DNA from: Candidatus Woesearchaeota archaeon
GTDB lineage: Archaea > Nanobdellota > Nanobdellia > Woesearchaeales > J072
Length of the DNA stretch: 33,842 bases
NCBI GenBank assembly: GCA_003695265.1
Contig: RFII01000050.1
Coordinates: forward strand, 1-33,842
Reading direction: 5' to 3'
Below the pieces are notes generated by a model. It ran no database searches and was not told the DNA's origin. It saw only the letters and a list, made by a program, of their open reading frames with translations. Each line of letters begins with the position of its first letter. Position 1 is the stretch's first letter. The position numbers and the translations under genes were made by a program. Below, piece by piece: positions 1 through 7,098 of this stretch.

Positions 1-1278
1 ATCAAAAATCTTATAAAAACTAACAAGGAACTGCAGGAAACCTTATCAAAAATTCTTGCCAACATAAGTGGGCTGCCAAAAAAGAAGCAGGAAAAGCCCT
101 TTTTTAAGGCAGATTACCAGAAAGATCAGGCTTCTATTATTAAAAAAAGGGAACTGCAAATAACTGATTTGAACGAGGAATTAAAGCGCAGAAACAAACT
201 TATCCAGCACCTGGCAGCAAAACTTAGGCTTGCTCAGGATTACAGCGCCCAAGCCAATAAACAGCTCAATCTGCTGAATAAGAAATTGGACTCAAAAAAC
301 AGACAAATACTTCTTATGAAAAAAGAACTGGAAAAAAGGGATAAATACATTCAAAAATTGGCAGCCGAAAAAAGCGATGAAACCAAGACATTAAAAAATA
401 CACTCTTAAAAGCACAGGAAGAAATCAACTTAAAAAACACACTTATTTTTAATCTTGAAAAAGAGGTTGAAACACACAAAAATTCTTTGGAAGAATTAAA
501 GCGAAAACTGCGAAGGCTGGCAAATGAATCTTATGAAAAAGAAAAGAAAATAACTCTTCTTAAGTCTGAAAATTCTTCCTTAGCAAATGCTGTTAGGGAA
601 TTAAAGCAGAATTCTGATTTGTTGTCAGCGCAGGTTGAGTCTCTCAAGTCGGATTTGGGTATTGCCAGGCAGAAAATCGTCGCTGTAGAAACAAGAGCCC
701 GTAAAAAAGAGGCGGCCTCTAAAAAGTCTTTAGAAATGTTGAAAATGGAGTATGAGAAGTCCTTGAAAGAACTTATTAAGAGCCAGTCTCAAAAAGAAGT
801 CGCTCTAAAGTCAAAAATTAACGAGTTAAACGAGAAAATACTTAACAAGGCACTGCTTCTTAAGAAAAAACAGGAGCAAGAAAAAAAATTATTTTACACT
901 TTTAACAAAGCCTTAAGAAACCTTTTTTATTTGAACGAGTCTGAATTAAAGCCAATGCTAAAAAAAGCGCTTTCTCAACAAACACAACCAACACAAGAGC
1001 CAGACCAAAAGGAAATCACAATACACCACTCCAGCGATGATAATGATTCTTTTTTTGTTGACGAACCACAAAAATTTCATACGCCAATCCACACACCTGT
1101 AATGCATAAAACTGTCAAACAAGTTATAAATGAGGATGATCCTTTAAAACTGCTCGTTCCTATGGTAAAAACAGCCTTAGACCATGGTGATTCTGTTGAG
1201 CAGATAAAGCATTCTTTACTCAATTCCGGCTATTCTGAGAAACACATAGAAGAAGCATTAACAAAAGTCAAAAAATAA
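1..1278 (+). CDS. Long coiled-coil protein with a small C-terminal helical module; 5'-truncated by the window edge
   Basis: The frame is open from base 1 (IKNLIKTNKELQETL...), so TTG 169 is probably not the start. Long K/E/L heptad-like stretch, a low-complexity linker, then LVPMVKTALDHGDSVEQIKHSLLNSGYSEKHIEEAL. Confidence 0.8.
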   Translation: MKNLIKTNKELQETLSKILANISGLPKKKQEKPFFKADYQKDQASIIKKRELQITDLNEELKRRNKLIQHLAAKLRLAQDYSAQANKQLNLLNKKLDSKNRQILLMKKELEKRDKYIQKLAAEKSDETKTLKNTLLKAQEEINLKNTLIFNLEKEVETHKNSLEELKRKLRRLANESYEKEKKITLLKSENSSLANAVRELKQNSDLLSAQVESLKSDLGIARQKIVAVETRARKKEAASKKSLEMLKMEYEKSLKELIKSQSQKEVALKSKINELNEKILNKALLLKKKQEQEKKLFYTFNKALRNLFYLNESELKPMLKKALSQQTQPTQEPDQKEITIHHSSDDNDSFFVDEPQKFHTPIHTPVMHKTVKQVINEDDPLKLLVPMVKTALDHGDSVEQIKHSLLNSGYSEKHIEEALTKVKK

Positions 1279-1287
1279 AAAAATAAT

Positions 1288-2256
1288 TTATCCCGCGTGT
1301 TTTACCAGCACTGGTGTTGTCACGTGGTCCTTATAATCAAACTCTGCCTTTATTGTCACAAGCTTTTTGAACTCTGAGTTTATTGGCATTGACAGCTGCT
1401 GCACACACCTAATTATTCTGTGCCCATTAAACAGCTTTACTTCTCCAGAGTCCCTTCCTGCTTCGTTCGGGCCGTCCAATCCATTGCAGTCAAGGGTTCC
1501 GCTTAATCCAGTGTCAACCTCAACATAAATTGTGTCCTCATCTTGAATGGTGTCACTACATTCAGTGCCTAATCTTGAGATTAAGCCAACATTTCTGTGC
1601 TGAAGCTCAAACGTGAAAGCTATTTTGTCATTTCCTTGTGCTGATTCTGTTAATGAGGCGACCTGTATTGGAGATCCTGAATTATAAACCGTTTTTTGCT
1701 CGTTCACAAAACACACTGGCTCAACAATCTTTGTCCCAGATGCTGTCTCTTGCGTGTCTAACAAATCATCTTTTATACATAGAAACGCTTCTGACATCAA
1801 ACCGTACTGGTAACAGATGTCTGCCCTGAAAAAGAATTGTGTTTGGCCGCTCACATTACCAGCATAATTCCATTCTCCCATGTCAACAAATGAAATCCCT
1901 CCTGGAATTACATTAAGATCAGGATCAAACTCTTGGCCTGGTATGTCCTCATTAACAATAACAGTTTGTTCTCCTGTCCTTCCAAAGTCTTCTGGGTCAA
2001 CACCGACAAGAGTTACTTTAGCTTCTCCTGCGTTAATATCCCATTCACCAACATTCTCCAAGACTACCTGGACCCCGAAGGGAAATTGTCCTTGATCAAA
2101 CACTATGCCTGGTGGTGAGCCCTCAAGAAAGCCGATGTCCAATCCCTGAGTTCCTCCAATAAATGGGTTGGTAGTATCACCTACTTGTTGCCCACCTTGG
2201 GTGCATCCAACGATTATTAATCCAAGCGCAATTAAAAGAATCAAGATCTTGTTCAT
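1288..2256 (-). CDS. Putative lipoprotein, paralog 1 of a Cys-rich two-beta-sandwich family
   Basis: Signal peptide with lipobox IVGC; SD GAGGAGG upstream; shares G-x-x-G-x8-10-PP, NxG, CYxY and G(S/A)P motifs and 6 Cys with the neighbours. Confidence 0.85.
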   Translation of the reverse strand: MNKILILLIALGLIIVGCTQGGQQVGDTTNPFIGGTQGLDIGFLEGSPPGIVFDQGQFPFGVQVVLENVGEWDINAGEAKVTLVGVDPEDFGRTGEQTVIVNEDIPGQEFDPDLNVIPGGISFVDMGEWNYAGNVSGQTQFFFRADICYQYGLMSEAFLCIKDDLLDTQETASGTKIVEPVCFVNEQKTVYNSGSPIQVASLTESAQGNDKIAFTFELQHRNVGLISRLGTECSDTIQDEDTIYVEVDTGLSGTLDCNGLDGPNEAGRDSGEVKLFNGHRIIRCVQQLSMPINSEFKKLVTIKAEFDYKDHVTTPVLVKHAG

Positions 2257-2262
2257 TTTCCA

Positions 2263-2270
2263 GCCTCCTC
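2263..2270 (-). promoter_or_regulatory. Shine-Dalgarno GAGGAGG for 1288-2256
   Basis: Minus strand reads GAGGAGGCTGGAAAATG. Confidence 0.7.
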
Positions 2271-2331
2271 TTTTTTGGTCTTCATTATTTAAACAACTTT
2301 TAATTATCAGAAATGATTATGAAGTTAGCAA

Positions 2332-2346
2332 TATATAAATTTTTTG
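2332..2346 (-). promoter_or_regulatory. Putative BRE/TATA promoter (CAAAAAA-TTTATATA) for 1288-2256
   Basis: A-rich BRE-like run directly before TTTATATA in a 114-bp intergenic gap. Confidence 0.5.
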
Positions 2347-2370
2347 GTTTTTTCTCCTCTAAAAAAGGTT

Positions 2371-3306
2371 TTAAACAAAAATGCTCCTAATAATTCTCAT
2401 GTTTGTGTAAATAGAATCCCTGTAGCCGTAACCAAGCCTTAACGTAAGCAAAGTCTCGTAATTTTCTCCAAAATCCAAGCATGTTTCGCAATAACAATAA
2501 ATGTACCCTTCGCCGCGTTCATCCAACCTTATTTCATCAGGCTTGCAAGTCAGAGTGTTTTCTGCGAGGCGTGCCTCTTCAAGAGACAACTTGTTGTATT
2601 CATCTCTTAAAAGGTCTGTGTGGCAGTTAGTAATCCCTCCAGGACCACTACCTTTGTAAAACACTTCTCCTCCACCAAGATTCTTAAAAAATATTTTGAA
2701 TTGCACTCTCTGGCCTATGATGTTCTCTTCAATCCTGGTAATTGCTACAGGCGCTCCTTGGCCGCCTGCCAAGGAAAGGTCATGCACCTCACAAACCTTG
2801 TCCTGTATTGTGTTCGTGTAATCAGTGTCAATGCACACCTTTGGAGTGGCATAAGTCTCATAATAATAGCATGCTGTTACCTTAAACGTTTGGTCAAAAT
2901 AAGGAACCTCTTGCGGAATTTCAACACGGTCCTCCCTGAACGAAACAGTTCCATAAATATCGCCGTAAGGGTTGAACTCGCTTATTCCTGGAGCCTCAAA
3001 AGTCCTGGTGTTGTCATAAGAAAGGTGGGGAAAGTACCTGTCGTCAAATCCTGTAAGGTAAAAATACCCTTGTCCATTTGTTATGTCATATGTTCCTTTG
3101 TTTGAGAACTCAACCATTATGTCCACTGGATCTCCATTATATATCTCTGCCGGCGGCGTGTTTGGAAGAAACCTCATGACAATTCCCAAGTTTCCTCTCG
3201 CGTAGTCAACAGCATAATCACGCCGAGACCCGAACCCACCCCAATAAGTACAACCAACTAAGAAAATGAAAATAAAAACCAATGAAAATTTCACTATTTT
3301 ATACAT
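2371..3306 (-). CDS. Putative lipoprotein, paralog 2
   Basis: Lipobox LVGC; motifs FLPNTPP, FSNKG, ACYYYET, KVCIDTD, GQGAPVAI, KNLGGG, LGYGY. Confidence 0.85.
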   Translation of the reverse strand: MYKIVKFSLVFIFIFLVGCTYWGGFGSRRDYAVDYARGNLGIVMRFLPNTPPAEIYNGDPVDIMVEFSNKGTYDITNGQGYFYLTGFDDRYFPHLSYDNTRTFEAPGISEFNPYGDIYGTVSFREDRVEIPQEVPYFDQTFKVTACYYYETYATPKVCIDTDYTNTIQDKVCEVHDLSLAGGQGAPVAITRIEENIIGQRVQFKIFFKNLGGGEVFYKGSGPGGITNCHTDLLRDEYNKLSLEEARLAENTLTCKPDEIRLDERGEGYIYCYCETCLDFGENYETLLTLRLGYGYRDSIYTNMRIIRSIFV

Positions 3307-3329
3307 GGAACCACCAACCTGTTTTGAGC

Positions 3330-3344
3330 TATATAAAATTTTCG
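3330..3344 (-). promoter_or_regulatory. Putative BRE/TATA promoter (CGAAAAT-TTTATATA) for 2371-3306
   Basis: Good archaeal BRE+TATA ending about 23 nt before the ATG, consistent with a leaderless or near-leaderless mRNA. Confidence 0.55.
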
Positions 3345-4313
3345 CTAACTTTCAAGGCTCCTAACAATCTCAACCTTTTTTTGGATTGAGTTGCTGTAAC
3401 CGTACTCAAGCACGATTCTAAGCACTGATTCATGCGCGTCTTTCTCTTTTGGCACGCTGTAAGTGCAGACAAACACTGCTTCATCATTGTACAGCCTTAT
3501 CCTTGGAACCATCAAAACATCATCAACAGGTTTGCAAGTGTCAGTTATTTCAAAGTCAGACACAAAAACCTTTGGGTAAACCCATCCTTTATTGTTCCAC
3601 AAATCTTCGCTTGTGTATTTTGAGGCAAGGCAGGGCATGTCGTACTTGCCAATGTCAAACACTTCCCCATCACCTTCATTTTCTATTTTTATTTCAAAAG
3701 TAACATCAACTATCGAAGGATCTTGAGTCTCTGTTACATATTCATTTACATAAGTGACAGCAATCGGAGCTCCTTGTCCTTTGCTGATTTTTTTATCTGA
3801 AATGTAACATGTCTGGTCTGTTTTTACCCCTCCAGCTGGTATTGTGTCTATGCAAACAGGTATATTGGCAACAGTGTAATAAGGATAGCAGGCAACCACT
3901 TTTATTGGCACATCATAAAAGTTTGTCTCGCTATCAGGAAACCTTATGTTATAAGTTTCATATTCTTTGTATTCATAGCCTCCATTCAAATTTATTTCAC
4001 TTCTGCCTTCTAAAGAAAACCTGTTTTCTTCGCTTCCCTCAACGTACAAGCCCTGAACCAGCTTAGTGTCAAACCCTTGAATGCTTATTAAGCCGTCAAC
4101 AACATCACTAGTTCCTCTGTTTCTTATTTCCAGGCCTACGTGCAGGCCTGAGTGCTGCCACACCTTGTCAGGTGGAAGGTTGTCAGCAAAGCTTAAAACA
4201 ACACCCTCTTTTCCGCTAGCGTCAAAAGTGTAACTGTTTGAGGGCTGAAAGCTAACCAGGCAGCCGCTTAGCGCGGCCAGCAAAAAAATGTGAAGCACAT
4301 GGATTAATCTCAT
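3345..4313 (-). CDS. Putative lipoprotein, paralog 3
   Basis: Lipobox LSGC; motifs FADNLPP, IRNRG, ACYPYYT, VCIDT, GQGAPIAV, ENEGDG, LEYGY. Confidence 0.85.
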   Translation of the reverse strand: MRLIHVLHIFLLAALSGCLVSFQPSNSYTFDASGKEGVVLSFADNLPPDKVWQHSGLHVGLEIRNRGTSDVVDGLISIQGFDTKLVQGLYVEGSEENRFSLEGRSEINLNGGYEYKEYETYNIRFPDSETNFYDVPIKVVACYPYYTVANIPVCIDTIPAGGVKTDQTCYISDKKISKGQGAPIAVTYVNEYVTETQDPSIVDVTFEIKIENEGDGEVFDIGKYDMPCLASKYTSEDLWNNKGWVYPKVFVSDFEITDTCKPVDDVLMVPRIRLYNDEAVFVCTYSVPKEKDAHESVLRIVLEYGYSNSIQKKVEIVRSLES

Positions 4314-4314
4314 A

Positions 4315-5262
4315 TTACCTTTCCTTCACTTTTATTACATTATACTTTGTAACAACATAACCATACTTTAAGTTTATGTTTAAGGGCGTTACGTACTCTG
4401 AATTGGGCGTTTCTAGTTCTCCTGTGCAAACAACATAATTCAACTCGTTTTTGTCAGTCATAATAATTTCACCCTCATTGCTGTCTGCCCCGCATTTTAA
4501 GTCAACGTCATGCAATTGGGCAGTCACCTTAACAACTTCCAAATCATCATACGTGAACTTGTCGCTGCCGCAAATATCCCAGAGTACAGCGGTGTTTTTT
4601 GTGATTTGCCCGTCACCGACGTTTTTCACAAATATTTTGTACTGGACATTCATCTTATTGTCGCTCACTATCGCAGAAGGCTCCACCCTGCTCACAACAA
4701 CAGGCGCTCCCTGCTCCTTAAGGTCAATGTTTTCAGCCTTGCAAACCTTGTTTTCTTTTATGTTGTAAGGGTCTGGGTCAACGCAAACATCAGGATCAGC
4801 GTTTGTTTCGTAAGTGTAGCACAGTTCTGTTTGAATAAGGCATTCATCATCTCGCTTGTCAGCATGCAGCGTTAAATCACCAATCCAAAACCCTCCGCCT
4901 GGCTGAAACCTCGAAACGCCTTTTATTTCAATGTTATTTATAGTAGCTGCGTGGTGCGTTCCCGCAAGGTCAGAAAAGCTCACTGCCTTGCAACTCGAAA
5001 CAGCTATTGTCGCATCATTAACATCAGTAACGCCGAGGTTCCTGACTTCCATAGCAACCTTAAAATTAGTATCCTCCCAGACCTCTGGAGGTGGGGCATT
5101 TTTCAATAGTTTCATCACTAATCCTTGACCGCCCACGTTTAAGTCTAGGAAATCAATTTCTTTCCCTGTCTTTTGTCTGATTCCACAACTGCTGAGAATC
5201 ATAACTGCAAAAATCAAGATTACAGCAAACATTATTTTTTTCACTTTAAGTTGCGGCCTCAT
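4315..5262 (-). CDS. Putative lipoprotein, paralog 4
   Basis: Lipobox LSSC; motifs LKNAPP, VRNLG, LCYTYET, VCVDPD, EQGAPVVV, KNVGDG, LKYGY. Start is ATG 5262 or GTG 5244. Confidence 0.85.
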   Translation of the reverse strand: MRPQLKVKKIMFAVILIFAVMILSSCGIRQKTGKEIDFLDLNVGGQGLVMKLLKNAPPPEVWEDTNFKVAMEVRNLGVTDVNDATIAVSSCKAVSFSDLAGTHHAATINNIEIKGVSRFQPGGGFWIGDLTLHADKRDDECLIQTELCYTYETNADPDVCVDPDPYNIKENKVCKAENIDLKEQGAPVVVSRVEPSAIVSDNKMNVQYKIFVKNVGDGQITKNTAVLWDICGSDKFTYDDLEVVKVTAQLHDVDLKCGADSNEGEIIMTDKNELNYVVCTGELETPNSEYVTPLNINLKYGYVVTKYNVIKVKER

Positions 5263-7039
5263 TGTCAATTATTTCAAAGCTCTGCTGCTTTTCAATTATG
5301 TAATTATAGCTCATCTCTGAGCTTATTACCAAGTCAACAGGGTTGTTTGTTTCGTCAAACAGCCCGCGCGTGTCAAGCTCCAATGGTATGTACGTGTAAG
5401 CGAGCTTTCCTTTCTTCTCAAACTCCTTTATTACTCTGTTAAACTCTGCTTTTGCATCTGTTGTCATACAACACCTTTTTCCTGTGCAGTCAATCGTCGC
5501 GTCCCCACTCTTTTTTGAAATGAAGTCAGGAAGCTCTAAGCACAGTTCAGTGACCTCATCGATTTTTCCCTCGCCGTTATTCACCAAAGCAACTCTTAAG
5601 GGAAGCTCTATTGTTTTATCATCAGGCACAGGAACAGGCGATTCCCTTTTTGTTGTCAGGTCAATCATTACAATGTTTGGGTCCATGGCAGCAGGCACAA
5701 CAACATTATTGTATGGGAAAGGCTCTTGAGAATAAAGGTCCGGCGTTCCTTCCCTTATAAAATACGTTTTAACGCTTGAAGTTGACCTCTGACCAAATTT
5801 AATCCATCCTGTCAAATAATAATTCCCTTTTGTTAATTCCAAAGGCGCTGACTTGCAAAGAGATATTGTTTTTGAGGTTCCTGCCCTGTACTCTTTAGAA
5901 ACGTGAAATTCGTTCGGCACAGGATCACTCGTACCAGTAAAATTACTGGTTGCGTTGCTGAACCTGCAATGTATTTCTCCATCAATATCAAGCTCGTCAT
6001 TCCCCCTTATTACCTCCACTTCCATGCTTAAGCCAGTCTCTTTAACATAATTTGAAGTGTAAGAACCATAAACCTCATCCAAATTAAGCTTGACTTCAGT
6101 TGGGATTTTCTCTGTTTCTTTGCCCCCTATAACAACAACTTCTTCCTGCTCCCCTGTCGTGATTTGATCATACTCTGTGCAGTCCTGCTGCGGCCCTATG
6201 CATTTCAGGTAAGCTGCCTGTAATCTTCCTAAATTAAGCAGACCTTCACCAATAGCTGACGCTTTTTCTTTTACACCCACAATTCTGTTATTAACAATTT
6301 CGTACTGTTCCGGAGCAACTATCATCCTTATGTCATACCCCCACGCTCCAAAATCGTTTTGGTCTAGGAAGAAAGCAAGCCAAAACAACAACAGCAAAAA
6401 CCACATTCTAGCATTAAAGCTTGTCGGCTCATAAGTTGAGCCTGCAAGCAACCCTATGTAGCTCCACCAAGGCCACAGCGGCTTGAAGAAAATCCATTTG
6501 ACGAAAGGAACAGTATGCAAGTACGGTCCCAACAGCTTCGGCATAAAAACTTCGAGTGAAATTCCGAGAAGAGCCCATATAAGACCGTCATGCCTGAACC
6601 TGAAAACAACACCCCACAAGACGCAAGCATATATTATGTCAACAACAATTGTTGCTGTAGTAACGCTGTAAGCCGGCATGCCGACAGACCTTGGAAGCAT
6701 GGAATCAATAACATAATTGTTCAGCAAGCCAAGGATTACGAACCAGTCGAACATGCTTCCGGGCAGAAACCCGCCAAGAAACCCTGCTGCGCCGCCCAAA
6801 GCCCATTTTGCAGTTCCTTTAACAACTGCACCTCCCATTCCGGCGGCCCTTTCAATTCCTCTTCCTGCTTTCTTCACCGCTTGCTTTGCCTGGGCAGCAG
6901 CCGCTTTTGCCCTTTCCTTCGCTGCTTCTTCCTGTTCTTCTGCTGTTTCCTCCTGCTCCTCTGCCAATTCTTCTTCTTTTTCTGCTGCTTTTATCTCCTC
7001 TTTAAGCTTCTTCTCTGTTAACTCATCAACATCAGCCAT
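5246..7039 (-). CDS. Polytopic membrane protein with a C-terminal ectodomain related to the lipoprotein family
   Basis: E/K/A-rich N-terminus, Gly-rich segment, about 5-6 hydrophobic helices, then a beta-rich domain with VALVNNGEGKI and terminal MSYNY, 8 Cys, and sequons NAT/NFT. Confidence 0.8.
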   Translation of the reverse strand: MADVDELTEKKLKEEIKAAEKEEELAEEQEETAEEQEEAAKERAKAAAAQAKQAVKKAGRGIERAAGMGGAVVKGTAKWALGGAAGFLGGFLPGSMFDWFVILGLLNNYVIDSMLPRSVGMPAYSVTTATIVVDIIYACVLWGVVFRFRHDGLIWALLGISLEVFMPKLLGPYLHTVPFVKWIFFKPLWPWWSYIGLLAGSTYEPTSFNARMWFLLLLFWLAFFLDQNDFGAWGYDIRMIVAPEQYEIVNNRIVGVKEKASAIGEGLLNLGRLQAAYLKCIGPQQDCTEYDQITTGEQEEVVVIGGKETEKIPTEVKLNLDEVYGSYTSNYVKETGLSMEVEVIRGNDELDIDGEIHCRFSNATSNFTGTSDPVPNEFHVSKEYRAGTSKTISLCKSAPLELTKGNYYLTGWIKFGQRSTSSVKTYFIREGTPDLYSQEPFPYNNVVVPAAMDPNIVMIDLTTKRESPVPVPDDKTIELPLRVALVNNGEGKIDEVTELCLELPDFISKKSGDATIDCTGKRCCMTTDAKAEFNRVIKEFEKKGKLAYTYIPLELDTRGLFDETNNPVDLVISSEMSYNYIIEKQQSFEIIDNEAAT

Positions 7040-7098
7040 TTTTGTTTAGAACAACAGAAATTTCTTCTATTCACCTCTTTTTCTGTTGAAAATCTTGA

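Noticed and set aside
1-1278. SMC/Rad50 call for the coiled-coil protein
   Set aside because: No C-terminal signature or Walker B motif, hinge or zinc hook visible.
1288-5262. ABC substrate-binding protein or multiheme cytochrome call for the lipoproteins
   Set aside because: No neighbouring ABC ATPase and no CxxCH motifs; the sequence is beta-rich with dispersed Cys.
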